Assembly (NCBI RefSeq): GCF_022045235.1
Contig: NW_027266343.1
Span: 8,804,001 to 8,868,000 of the forward strand
Source of the DNA: Haliotis cracherodii
Taxonomy: Eukaryota
Reading direction: 5' to 3'
Length of the DNA: 64,000 nucleotides
Within the stretch, counting starts at the first letter, position 1, and every line of letters begins with the position of its first letter. The notes below the pieces were generated by a model that did no database searches, had not been told where the DNA came from, and saw only the letters and a list, made by a program, of their open reading frames with translations. Of this stretch, positions 22,558-35,469 are shown in pieces. A program made the position numbers and the translations under genes.

Positions 22558-25500
22558 GTGACATGCCTTAAGTCCACTGTGGTCTATCCGCTTGGCAAAT
22601 GTAATACAGATGCTACTGCAGTTAGTCGTCTTGTAGTTGGGGTTGTCATGCTACACGATGCAATGGCGTGAGTGATGTTTTGATGGCTGTTGTTCTATAT
22701 TGAAAATAAACATATATTTATTATGATCTTTAGTCATGTGTTCCTTCTATATCCAAACTATCAGTACAACATGCGTGTATGTTAAATGTGGTTATCAAGA
22801 CGCTGAGTAGATCCACTAACAAAAGGGGACGTGCGGGTAGCCATTGGTTTAGCGTTCGCACGTCACGAACAAAACCAGGGTTCTATGTCCCACATGGGTA
22901 CATTGAGTGAAGCCCATTTCTTGTATTCCCAGCCGTGATATTGCTGGAATATTGCTAAATATGCACTATATGCACTTTAAAATCGGCACTAGTCCGGTCT
23001 GGTCCAGGTCACACACTCACGCACGTGCATGCACGTCGCTATATAAGTGCAATAATCTGGAAAGAGACGTTAAACCCCTTTTCACCTCTCCTCACCTAAT
23101 AGCTGATCCGTCTTTGACAGTTGCTTCTTGTGTTGTAATCTGTTATTTACTCTATACATTCAAGATTTAATACATTTTCGTTAGTAAAGAAAGATATAAA
23201 TTAACAAAAAACTCTTAAGGAAGGGAATTCATGGATGTCAACTTTATTACGAGGAACACAACGTTTCGGAGTATATGTTTACTACATCATCAGGGGAATG
23301 AATGAGTTATTTTTAATCATAAAATGCCCATCGACATGGGAAGGTAATATTTAGGTGATTGAATAATAAACGAATGAAATACTTATCTCGGGACAGAGTC
23401 GCCAAAGAGCAAGGTGGACGTGTTAAAAGCCCCTGGAACCCACATCGTGCATACCCGAGTATATCAACATCGCATTTCACACATCGCATTGCAAAGCTGC
23501 TAAAACAATTCATGCATTCCGTTGGAAAGGCATACTTTCAGAGGTGATGTTTGTTTGTTTGTTGTTTAACGCTGCACTCAGCAATATTCCAGCTAAATGA
23601 CGGCGGTCTGTAAATAATTTAGTCTGGATCAGACAATCCAGAGATTGACATCATGAGCATCGATCCACGCAATTGGGATTCGATGAAATACATCAACCAA
23701 GTCTGGCAGCCTGACCATCCGTTCCCGTAAGTCGCCTCTTACGACAAGCATAGTCGCTTTTTAAGGCAAGCGTGGCTTGCTGAAGACCTGTTCTAACACG
23801 GATGTTCACGGGTCGAGTATACTTGTACTTCACTTTACGTTAACATAATATTTTCCATTGGCATATGTGCATGTGAGTACAGTATCCCGATGGTCAATTG
23901 ATGATGCTATGCTTTAGCTATGGATCAACGAGGTTACAAGTAATCAACATATATACTAGCATTAAGAAGGTTATGATGCAACATAAAATCTCATTTACCT
24001 TTAGCAATAAATATAAGCGAATATAGTTGGCATCGAATTAAGCCAGACAGTCCAGTGATTGAAATCATGAGCATCGATCCACGCATTTGGGATTCGATGA
24101 TATCAACCAAGTCAGCCAGCCTGACAACCCGATCCCGTTAGCCGCCCTTTACGGCATGGGTGGCTGTAGACCTGTTCTACCCCGGAGGTCATGTAACATA
24201 ATGGGATCCATTTGTACAGCGTATGTGCTCCAAAGATGACTGGTGAGTGAATGAACGTTGTTTACCGATGCAGATGCAATATTCCAGATTTCCGTAAATA
24301 TTCGAATCTGGAACAGGCAAAAACACGTCGTTTTTTTGTAACCGCTATTTTGCCCTCTACGTAAGTGTTTCTTTAGATGTTGTGGTGATTGTGGTCACGG
24401 CATAAAATCAGTTGTCATAGCATGATGATAAGAACAACTGCAGAGTGTCAATACTATCACGTCGAATGTATTGAAGAAAGCTCAAACCAGTATTAACTCT
24501 CCATCGGACTCGGCGCTGAGCAAAATTGAGAACTGCAGAATTTGATGTAATATATTTGACATAAAAACATTGATTTCTCCGCATGATATCCACATACGAC
24601 GTACTCGCTCCAGTAAGTTTTGTTACGTTAAGTATATGTCACAGAGCTACTTATATTTATTATCCTAATCTGACTCCCGCAGGAGATATTGCTTGTGTGA
24701 AGGCAGACAATATCTGCTAGGAGACTGACATAAGCGTTTGTATGAGGGTTCATTCTTGACGTTTTCCAACAGTACAAGGACATGACAGTCAGCATACCGA
24801 ACACTTTGGTTAGTTTGTAGGTGACTGAGTCCAGGGCCGAGACGCCCTTTAGTTGTGACGTCGAAGTAACGTCATAACATAATCCCTTCACTTTTCGACA
24901 TTGACGTCATAAGGGAACGCGCCACATGTTCAGACTATCGGTATACTCAACACGAAACTCTTAACCAATTTACCATTTAAGCAAAATAAAGTCTTTCGTT
25001 CAACTTTGCGGTTTAAGTATATGAACAAGAAATATATTAGATATGTCACAGTTACAAACAGTAGTTATGCTGCACATGTTTTCGTCGAAGAAACGTAATG
25101 CATTGCCATATCTGTCTTGTACTTACTGAGGTAAGGTACTTGATATTGGACCATAAATAGATTCAACCTCATGGATTTTGATACCAATTATATCAACACT
25201 CGTCGATAAAAGTAGAAAGCCTCCTGCAAGACGCAGAGTTTTGGTACTATAGTTGATGTATGTTGATATGTTTTATATCAAACTCGGGTGAGATTCTCTG
25301 TGTGTAGACTAAATGGTCTTGCATCAATCATAACCTAGTTTGCAATTTTGAGAATTCACATCGGTCAGCATATTGTGCACAAATTTTGGAGGCTTCATCC
25401 GGATTGACCCATAGTTCATAGATCTCAATGTATTGATTTGATCATGCTTAATCTATGTGGACCTTTGAAATTTAATTTCGAATAAAGATGGAAGATGGAA

Positions 25501-26289
25501 AATGAAAGATTGTAAATACTCGACCCATCCAAAGTCATACTTTAATAGAAATAGTCTTGCCTTGTTTGCTTCATATATATATTTTACAGATTAAAATAAC
25601 TGCAGCAAAGAGGGTTCGGGTGATCCTGGCTCAGTCAGGTTGGTGGGCTCATCATCCGTTCAGGGTTTCATGTCCCCTCTACACGCAGCCCAGACAGCGA
25701 ATGGGACTTCTCCCAGGAAGCACTACCTCGTCGAACTCATTAAAAACTGTTCGGAGCGGGTGATCATGGTGAGTCCCAACACTGCAGCCTTCTGCATTAC
25801 TCAGATTGTCAGAAGGCCGCGGGTACACTCCCAATGTCAGTCAACAGATTGGGAGGTACCAAACCTAAGTCACCGAGAACAATGGGGAGTCGGCGCTACT
25901 TGGTGATGCAAGCCATCTGACTATGCTTTTTAAAGTATTCTGAATAAGTCATACAGTCCGTAAGAGTTGTTTCGTGTTAAACTTTATAGGTTGCATGATT
26001 AGAAAACATATTCTGCCAAAAAAGTAACATAACAATATGAACATTTAATTTTTTGTTTTTTTATTACGTGTTTGAATCGTTATCTATCGTGAAGCTGTCC
26101 GATTTTCGATCACAAACGTTGATACTACTTACTTTCGTTTATCCGACATACTCGTTAATCCGACATAATCATATGCAACCATCGATGTCGGATTAACGGG
26201 ACTTGACTGTATATGATACACGTGGTGAATTACGTGAAGCTGACAAGATTGAGTTACATACATGGTGATCACTTTAACTTTTCAGTCCA

Positions 26290-28010
26290 GTTCAGTGTAA
26301 CCTCACCCATTTTTTTAACAATGGGTATAATCTCTTTTCAGTGCTATCTGTCCTGATACTGAAATAGTTCGAGGAAGCACATTTTAAACCTCATGGAACA
26401 GAACAGTTATCTTGCCTCTTCATAAGAGTGGGAACAGAGAGGACGCAAATAGTAAGTGAGTGAGTGAGTTGGGTTTTACGCCGCTTTTAACAGTATTCCA
26501 GTTATATCACGGCGTGTCAGCTTAATGTGGGAGGAAAGCCCGAAGTGATGCAGGTCTCAGACGTTTACCACTTCGGTGAAACCCACGAGCACGGGTATTG
26601 TGCTGACAACCCTAGAAACATAATTGGGGCGAACCGGGATTCGAACCCACAATCATAGGTTTCTGGCGTGCCCAAGGGACGCAACTCTGCATAGCAAATC
26701 GCGACGCCTTAGACGACTGGTCCACCCGTGCCCCCTAGGAGGCAAATAATTATAGTGGCATGACACTGTGAAGTGTGCTTCGTAAATTATACATTTATTC
26801 TTATTGAATGACTTGTGCCCTGGTCAAATGCATATGATTAAACTGAAGGATCCCAGGGTAGTTTTCGCAAACGTTATAGCCCCGTTGATAATATGTATAT
26901 TTTGCAAGCAATTATCAACAGTATTTATCCACGAGGTGGAAAAAATGTATGCTGTGTTTGTTGATTTTCAAAAGACTTTGGTTTTGTAAATAGTTCCAAA
27001 TTATGAGGTGTTCTAAAGAATAGAGGTGTTTCGCACGGCAGGAGTATTGTTGTGCGGCGTCAGGCAAAACATATTCACTTTTTTTTATGCAAATTTTGTG
27101 AATGGCGAGTGCTACCGGTTGAGCAGGATATGCTTACCCTTTTCGCGAACACCTGGTGTCATCACTGATTTTCAGTGGTCAATTTTGGTATAGTTTACAC
27201 AGCTGTTTTGCCCTTTACGCCAAATGGAATCTTTTTCGGCAGATAATCTAGACCTTTGTATTATCCTGCATTGACCATTTATATTTCAAAGATGTTAAAT
27301 GCCTTGCAATTAGTTTAAGACTCCTTGAAAGGATGTGTAAGATAATAATAATCTTCTTTCAGATGTTTTTGAATGTCCACTGTGTGTGAGACAAGGCTGC
27401 GTATTGAGCCCGTGTTTGTCTTCCATGTTTATAAATGGTTAGCTCATTCTGTTAAATCCTCTTTTTTGCATGGTATACACCTTTATCCTGACTCAGTCCA
27501 ACTGTTTCTCTTTCCCTTGTGTGACTCTGTATATGGTTCCCAAGGCCATATCAATGCACAAGGACAGTTTTGTATTGATTACCATTGAACTGTACATCTT
27601 GTAAATGATTTTTTTTAAAGTGTGACTTTTTTAAATAGGGATATTTTATCTAAACACGAACAGTGGACTCACAGAGGTTCGAATATTGAAAATATTCCAT
27701 ATTACAATATATTTCAGACATTTCGAAGACATTGACATGGTCGAATCATAAAATAAATGCGTCACTTCAAACCAATAAAGTCGTTAATGTTATATAATTG
27801 AGTCACTGTTTATTAAAAAATCTATCACATTAGGTCTTTGAAAGGCACTTTTAAGTTGAAATAACATGAATACATGACATTGTTTATGGATGGTTTAAGC
27901 TGTCTAATAAATGGGATGCTACAAATGCAAATGCATGCTACAAATGCGTGAAGGGTTTTTGCAGGTTTCGGCTATGTATGGTAGCAACAATTTAAACATA
28001 TTACTTGAGC
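26290..28010 (+). mobile_element. Decayed LINE RT fragment upstream of B1, interrupted by a SINE and other repeats
   Basis: ILPLHKSGNREDA[SINE]NNYSGMTL and KMYAVFVDFQK; homologous to, but clearly diverged from, the B-spacer LINE relic. Confidence 0.65.
26455..26735 (-). mobile_element. SINE family 1, full length, inserted into a LINE relic
   Basis: Reverse complement of 1720-2000; TSD AGGA[C/G]GCAAATA on both sides. Confidence 0.85.
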
Positions 28011-28407
28011 TTTACCTCAGTACTTGTACAGCAATATACAGTCAAGACTGACGCGATGTACTCCTCCTAAAAGCGTACACTTTAAACAATCCGTTTGCTC
28101 GGAATTATACCTTAAAGTTATAACAGTTTAAACTTTTTTTTTAGCCCTGGCTCATTTTGAATGTCGTTCACACCAATTAGAAATAAAAAAAACAGGAAGG
28201 TATGTTCAGCAACCAAGAGAAATAACATGTCTTACCCTCTCTTTCAAATTTGACATATTTTTATATGCGTAATGTGCTGATGGACTCCTCACATTTCTTG
28301 AATAAACTTCTGTAAGGAATGACATAATTTACTGTCCATTGTTGTCGTCGACCAATAAGTCCAGATCAATAAATAACAACGCCGACACACATTTAACATA
28401 GACCGGC

Positions 28408-28582
28408 CATCGTTGTGTAATACGTTGACAACCCGTCATGGTGCAGACACATTTACAATTGATGACCGTAAGTGGACCCGTGCATTTAACCGTCTGTCTT
28501 ACTATAAAAGGTTGACGTTTTGGTACAGACTTCACTTTCCGATTCGGACTCTCCTGGCAAACCTATTCTGATCTGTAGAAAA
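28408..28582 (+). promoter_or_regulatory. Family promoter and non-coding exon 1 of B1 (repeated at ~34624, 41125, 47525, 54484, 61291)
   Basis: Same upstream block, TATAAAA, ACTTCACTTTC about 27 nt downstream, donor AA|GTAAGT. Confidence 0.75.
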
Positions 28583-29151
28583 GTAAGTATTCTTGTGTCC
28601 AGTTTAATGTCGTCATCGCTTATATTAATTTCATTTCGTGTTCACATGAAGAAGATATGTGGTATATGAAACAGGATCCTTCTCGTGGATTATCCATGTG
28701 CACATATATAATTGTTTTCACAATTCTACCCGCTCTTGTCATGACATATCATTCCGTTTTCTTTAACATCTTAATATGCAGTGATAAGGAATGTTAGCAC
28801 TGTCATGTTATTTCAATCCATTCTTCAAAGAACAATACTTTAGACCACTGGATGCTTCATAATCTACTTTAATTCGTTTCAAATTTCAGGAAGATATATT
28901 ATAACAATTGGACGTTTCTGGGTGATTATTATTTCATTCGGACAAAGGCGATATTAAAACGTTTTGAGTTGTCAAAGTCAGTGTGTTAGGGAAAATGCAT
29001 GCGTAACAAACATATTTGGTAGGCATGCCTCTTAGTGTCTTTTCACTTGCATTTGTAAATCATCGTCAAAAAATAAATCATGTCAATTAGTATTTTACGG
29101 TTTCAATTAATACATGTGCCTTTTCTCTTACTTCCCAGATTCTAATAAACC

Positions 29152-29950
29152 ATGAAGGTCCTTGCTGTCACCATTGTCTGCCTTGTTGCCATAACAACAA
29201 CACACGGTTTTGGAATTGGTTTCCCTCCTTTCGGTGGGATCGGTATGCCCCCTTTCGGCTTTGGAATTCCCCATTTCGGCCTTGGAATTCCCCCCTTCGG
29301 TCATGGAATTGCCCCCTTCGGTCTTGGAATTTCCCCTTACGGTCTTGGTGTTTCCCCTCTTGGTCTCGGCTCAGGGCTCCTCAACAAAGGACTAGTTCAG
29401 CCAGGATTACAGGGCGCCGGTGCCATTCAAACCAATGGTAATGGTAAGTGCATTGTTGCAATGCGATAGAGTGAATGAGTGAGTGAGTGAGTGAGTGAGT
29501 CAGTCAGTAAGTGAGTGAGTATGGTTTTACGCCGATTTTAGCAATATGGCGGGGGACAGCAGTAATGGGCTTCATACATTTTACCCATGTCGGGAATCGA
29601 ACCTGGGTCTTTAACGCTTTAACCACTTAGCTACCCGACCGTCCCGCAATGTGATAGAACCACTAACAGTAAATGAGAACACGGACAACCTTGCTGATGT
29701 CTTCCGATGCTTATGCAATTTAATTAAAATGAACACGCAATAAACCAGAAAAAAGACTACAGTGTTGATGTGTTTGTACAAGAGGTATTACGTATCGTGT
29801 CAAAAGTCAGATCATTGTATTGTGTCTCCTGCAGGTCCTGTGTATGTTGATCTCGACGCTAATGCTGCTGCTGCTGCTGCTCCCACGACTATTGCCGCTA
29901 CTGCTCAAACAGGATCTGCTGCCTATGTCCCCGCTTACATGGCACTCTAA
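29152..29950 (+). CDS. Secreted Gly/Pro heptad-repeat protein B1, 135 aa; join(29152..29443,29835..29950)
   Basis: Signal peptide MKVLAVTIVCLVAITTTHG. TATAAAA 28503-28509, exon-1 donor 28583, acceptor 29138, phase-1 intron 29444-29834. Tail GPVYVDLDANAAAAAAPTTIAATAQTGSAAYVPAYMAL*. AATAAA 30145-30150. Confidence 0.9.
29471..29645 (-). mobile_element. Short tRNA-derived SINE (family 3) in intron 2 of B1; related copies ~9043-9165, 15428-15550, 22830-22960
   Basis: (GAGT)n tail, B-box GGTTCGATTCCC on minus, TSD GCAATG[C/T]GATAGA at 29458-29470 and 29646-29658; absent from B2-B6. Confidence 0.8.
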
Positions 29951-30989
29951 ATGAACAAGGAACAGGGTCATAGTTCGGGATGGAACAAAATCAGTGCTAT
30001 CCGTTCTGGTTCAGACAGTTTTGCATTGAAAGTGTTGGTGTCAGATTCTGTCAGTATTACTTCACGCAGCTGTCTTCAAAGTTGACATGTTTTGCACCCT
30101 AAACAAAGGTGTTTGGGATGTAATCGCTTATATGTATAACTGTTAATAAATATCCTTACAGTATATTCATGTGTTGTATGTTCAATTATTTCCAATCTAT
30201 ACATGTCCAGTACACTACACGGTAACACACGTCCATCATGCTATTTTCACTCGGAGATATAGATATATATCGGACTTAACAACTGACTTGCCTTTGCATG
30301 TGTTCGTGACGGGTGCCACCAGTGGGGCAGGATACGCTCACCTTTTCACGAACACCTGGTATCATCACTAGTTGATAGTGATTCATAAACATATTCTCAT
30401 TATAAAGTTGGCATCGTACTGTCGACTCTGCTTTTTGCAGAGATTTCTATTGGGTATGGAAAGTGTTTTGTCGCTTCACTTTATCCCTTTGCTGAAACTG
30501 TTCGATTAGTTCATTCTTTCACGCTTTCATAAGTTTGATAAACGGAAACAAGAAAGGATACCTTGTAATGTTGGTTTAGTCGTTGAAAACAAACTTCTCA
30601 CATGTATCATAAACTACATAAACGTGTCATACAATAAGAAATGTTAGGTGTATTAAATCGTCTGCTGACTGATCTACTGAGAAAATGGCCGTATAAAGGG
30701 AATCAGTCAATGTAATCAAAATGAAAATACACGAATGCTGAATGCACTTTTTGCAGTGTTATATGAAATATAGGTGTAGTTGTGGGGGAGATGAATGGTT
30801 TGGGACAGCAACATAAACTGACACTATAGAGCACATATTTGTGGCGTCGAACTGCAAAATGGGCTTAAAAGTTGTAGCCGTTGAGTGATATACATTGAAA
30901 GAAACCCGTCATGTTATACAGATTAAAATACACGATAATCATCAACCATCTTTATCTTGGAGAAGTCATATAGCTGCAATAGTTCTGAG

Positions 30990-31735
30990 TGCGGTGTTAC
31001 AAACAAACAAAATTGAATCAGTTGTGATGCTGACATGTCAAAGCACGGGACAGGTAAAATTGTTCCACCCGGTCCGATATATTGGATCAACTTTTGGCCT
31101 GCAGACTTGTCAATTCCAAAGCTCAAAAATATCTGTATACAGAGATATATATTACTGGATCCAGCAAATGTACTCACCGAATCCATGTCTCAAAGATTAA
31201 CCATAGTTATACAACCAAGGAAGCATTGCCTTTATATTCACAGAAAGTATTTGTGACAAGTGGAATTAAGACACCGTTCATTCTCAAAAACTTAAAATAT
31301 TTGCTTGAATGTGTTGAAATGTCGGAAAATTATTATTAATTACATTAATAATTTAAGCAAACTTAAGGGGAAATTTCATTTTTTCACCCATGGCGAATTT
31401 GTCACTAAATGTGATGACAATATGTATAGTTACAACTCTATTATCAAAGGTTCAGGGCAATTTGTGAGAAATGTCACCTGAAGTTAACTGATAAAACAAT
31501 GTGTGAAATCCTGTTTTTCCTCAAAGACAACATCTTTGGGAGCTTTAGAAATAGGATATGCAGGAATGATGTACATGTATTCATCCCCATGGACACTAAT
31601 TATGCTCCCCTCTCAGCTGATTTGTTTCTTTATCCATATGAATTGCATTGTCAGAATCTAAACAAGGACATTTGGTCAAGAGGTATAATCTAAGCTGCAG
31701 GTATATCGATGATCTGATATCGTTAAATAAAGATC
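30990..31735 (+). mobile_element. Decayed Penelope-like reverse transcriptase fragment (repeated ~37510-38270, 43860-44615, 50410-51170, 57210-57970)
   Basis: Broken frames contain YWIPKL (B2 onward), FLKDNIF.....IPM[DG]TNYAPLSADLFLY.YE and CRYIDDLISLN (AGGTATATCGATGATCTG), matching PLE RT motifs GIPMGTNCAP-ADLFL and RYIDD. Confidence 0.8.
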
Positions 31736-32437
31736 AATAATGGCAGGATACTTTCACCTTTTCGCCATCCCCTGGCATCATCACTAATTGATAGTGACTC
31801 ATAAACACATGCTTATTAAAGGGTCAAAACCGTAAAATAAACTTTGCTTTCAGCAGATATTTCTTATGATTATGATGAAGTTTTAGTCGCTTTAATTTTA
31901 AGTATTTACCTGCACTAGAAATTGTAGATTTATACACCTACGTATACCTCCATGTTTTGCACTAGTCTACTAATTTCGAAATAACGACAGCCGTAATTCA
32001 TATGTACAAACACTCTTCCAAAAAAAGAAACGCACAGGTAGTATGTAGTTGATTAAAGCTGACTACGAGAACGAGATACTGATTTCAGCGCAACCTTGTG
32101 CCCTTATGTGACATGACAATGAACAGTTTTCAATGCCTTTGTACAACGATAACATGTGACTATCGAGCTCCTTAATTTCATATTTGCATCTATGAGAATA
32201 TTAAATTAAATATATCGACTTCATATCGACAATGCATTTACTAAAAATCTACCTGTGCGTTTCTTTTTTTTGAAGAGTGTATATACAAACATACACAAGC
32301 TTGGCGATCACGTGTCTCCGTGTGTTAAAGCTGATAACCTTATCCTTTACGTTTATGTATGTTCTACACAGTACGTTGCCCATTTTCAGTCCAGACTTCA
32401 GCATTGTAATATAACCTTATGTACCTCAACAAAAACA

Positions 32438-32719
32438 GGGTGCACGGGTGGCCCAGTCGTCTTAGGCGCCGCAATTTGCTATCTAGAGTTGCGTCCCTTT
32501 TGCATGTCAGATAACTATGATTGTCGGTTCGAATCCCGGTTTGGCCCGATTATGTTTCTAGGGTTGTCAGCACCATACCCGTGCTCGTGGGTTTCACCGA
32601 AGTGGTAAACGTCTGAGACCTGCATCACTTGGGGCTTTCTTCCCACATTAAGCTGACACGCCGCGATATAACTGGAATACTGTTAAAAGCGGCGTTAAAC
32701 CCAAATCACTCACTCACTC
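32438..32719 (+). mobile_element. SINE family 1 in B spacer (also 38937-39184 5'-deleted, 45318-45599, 52264-52546, 59069-59351)
   Basis: Same body and (ACTC)n tail, TSD TCAAC[A/C]AAAACAG; propagated with the tandem unit. Confidence 0.85.
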
Positions 32720-32999
32720 AACCAAAACAGTGTATCTGTAGCGGTAATAGTAACTGGTACATTAATACACTTCATAACATTTCGACATTCATTTTTGTAT
32801 GAGTTTTATGCAGAATGTACACAGACACCTTTCTGTATCTGTGTATACATAATACAAATTTAGAAAAACAACTAAACATACAGTTTGACTCTTGGTATGT
32901 ATTTTCATTATGACCCAAGAAATAAGAATAATATCTGGATAGTGTATGATGCACATATTGAGTAAAGCTGATAACATTGAATGACATAAATGGGTTGTC

Positions 33000-33960
33000 A
33001 CTTAAACTATTCAGACTACAATATAGTGTTACCCAACCCATTTCTTTTACCAATGGGCATAACCACTTTACGACCGCTTTCATTGCCAACTGTCCTCTTA
33101 ATTGAAACTCAATGTGATAATGGGGATATGTGTGACCAATCCACTTTAGACAGGTAAGATTGGCAGTTAAGCAGAAAAGGAAATATTGTAGAGTAAAAAC
33201 GAATTAAAAATCTCCATTGCTAAGTTCTACAAGTTCTCATCTGATCTAATAGTACCATATACAAACTTATGTGTAACAATTTATTTGAGAAAGCACATTT
33301 TTAAATCTCTTAGAACTTAGGAGTTATCATTCATAAGAGTGGGGATAAACAAAATCCAAATAATTATGGAGTCAAATAGCAGCCAAGTGTATTCAGTACA
33401 TTATATACGTCTGTGCTCAACAATACTGGTGTTCTGGTCAAATGCATATGCTGTTGATAATATATTTATTTTGCAAGTAATTATCCTACGGCATTTGTTT
33501 AGGAAGAAGGTAAGGTTTATGCTGCATATGTTGATTTTTCAAAAGCCTCAAATCATAGTGTGTTTTAAAGAATTATAGTGTTTTTTTTGCAAGGATATTA
33601 CATGCTTTACAATCTGTTTAAAACGCCTTGAAATTAGAAGATAAACAAACTGTGTTTTCAATGTTCAGCTTAGTTAACTGTAGATTTAACCGTGTTAAAT
33701 TTAATTTGAAAACATAAGCGCAACGTGAGTTTTCAAATAGCACATTTAGTGCAGGAGAATGCGACCGATATCGAACTATAGTTTTAACCATAGAAAACGT
33801 ATTCTGCTAGTGCCTGAAAGTAGATATGTGAATAGGTGTTATAATATGATGTTTCATACATCAGAAAATGGGAAATGTGATTAATTGGGCTTCAAAAGTT
33901 AGCAAAAAAATCTTTTTCTGCCTGATTTGACTATGTATGTGAACAACAATCTAAGCATAA
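33000..33960 (+). mobile_element. Decayed non-LTR LINE RT fragment (repeated in each B spacer: ~39460, 45880, 52820, 59620)
   Basis: Frameshifted IHKSGDKQNPNNY, VDNIFILQVII and VYAAYVDFQK, matching early LINE RT motifs (PIHKxG..D..NYR; DHIF; FVDFxKAFD). Confidence 0.7.
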
Positions 33961-34412
33961 TACTTTTCACATATTATTAATTATCTTGTATTTTTATTTC
34001 GTGTGAAGGTTATATATGGTAAATTGTAGGGTGATGGGCTCCTTCCGGGTATTGAAACCAATAGTTATACCTTTTGTAAATAATCCGTTTGCTCGGAATT
34101 GTATGTTAAGGTTATAAAAGTTTCCAAATTTAAAGTAGCTCAGGTTCGTTTTAAATGTAGTTCACACCAATTGAAAATAAAAACAAGAGGATCTAACGGC
34201 AGCCAAGACAACTGCGAGTACGTGAACTGTGTTGTTGTTACACTACCGAAGATAAGGTTCTCTTTGCTATGATTTGGAATGCATTAGGGCAACATATATT
34301 CGTCAAAATTTACCCATCTTGTTGTATGTAATAAGCGAATGTCTTCCTGTGATACACGTACAATTAGAAATCTTACAATGCAATGTAAATTGTATTTAAA
34401 ATAACATGAATT

Positions 34413-34455
34413 ACTCTCTCTATCCCTCTCTCTCTCTTTATCTCTCTCTCTCTCC
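34413..34455. repeat. (CT)n microsatellite upstream of B2 (also ~40905, 47314, 54266, 61074)
   Basis: Directly visible; length varies between units. Confidence 0.85.
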
Positions 34456-35469
34456 ACAATTTGTCATGTATTCACCCTATATGTGTAATGAGCTGATGAA
34501 TTCCTCACATTTCTTGAATCAACGTCTGTAAGGAATGACAGAATTTACTGTCCATTGTTGCCGTCAATCAATGAGTCCTTGTCAATAAATAACAACACTA
34601 TCACACAGCTAACATAGACTGGCCATGATTGTATAATACATTGACAACTCGTCATAGTGCAGACACATTTACAATTTATGACCGTAAGTGGACCGGTGCA
34701 TATAACCGTCTGTCTTAGTATAAAAGGTTGACGTTTTGATGCAGACTTCACTTTCCGATTCGGACTCTCGTGGTAAACCTATTCTGATCCTTAGAAAAGT
34801 AAGTATTCATGTGTGCAGTTTAATGTCGCCATTGCATATATTAATTTCATTTCGTGTTCACATGAAGTACTTGCATGGTATATGGAACCGGATCCTTCTC
34901 ACGGATTATCCATGTGCACGAATATAATTATTTACATAATTCTTACCGCTCTGTTCATGACGGAATACATATTATTGCATTTTCTTAAACATCTTAATAT
35001 GCAGTGATGGGAATGTTAGCATTATCATGTTATTCCAATCCAATGCTAAAAGAACAATAATTCAGATCACTGGATGCTTCATAATCTACTTTACATTCGA
35101 TTCAAATTACAAGAAGATAAAAATAAATATTATAACGATTTTGACGTTTCTGGGTGATTGTTATTTCATTCGGACAAAGGCGATATTTCAACTTATGAGT
35201 TGTCAAAGTCAGTGTGTTTGTGAATATACAAACGTGTTTGATAACATGTAAATATGCGTTTACAATTTAGGATGGAGTTGAATATAAAGCTGCTTTTTGT
35301 TCATATAGTTTTAGTTCTCAGTGAAGAAAGCTAAAATTGTTTACAGTATGTCCTTCATTTGCATTACATTTTGTAAATCATCGTCAACAAAGAAATGACG
35401 TCAAAAAGTATTTCACGGTTTCAATTAACACATGTACATTTTCTCTTACTTCCCAGATTCTAATAAACC

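Larger units (their letters stand above)
20483..24378. repeat. Inverted duplicate of ~7650-12315 (and of 13331-18696) carrying gene A3
   Basis: Reverse-complement matches at both ends (ATATTCACAAGTATGGTTAACATG; TGTAACCGCTATTTTGCCCT) and throughout. It lacks ~0.8 kb equivalent to ~11090-11870. Confidence 0.88.

Noticed and set aside
29444-29469. C-termini such as GKCIVAMR, GKYNSAM and GK* in the ORF track
   Set aside because: Read-through into intron 2 past a consensus G|GTAAGT donor present in all nine copies.
29152-29950. Assignment to shematrin, KRMP, elastin or suckerin as a gene name
   Set aside because: Similarity is only compositional. The basic RKKKY-type C-terminus, Cys/Lys-rich domain, Lys cross-link domains and GGY-dominated multi-module layout of those families are absent.
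32255-32608. 117-118 aa ORF recurring in B spacers
   Set aside because: It runs through unique spacer into a SINE, its N-terminus differs between units, and recurrence reflects the tandem duplication only.
34490-34530. CTGATGA...GAA upstream of B genes as a possible hammerhead
   Set aside because: No stem II, no GAAA box, and B1 has CTGATGG.
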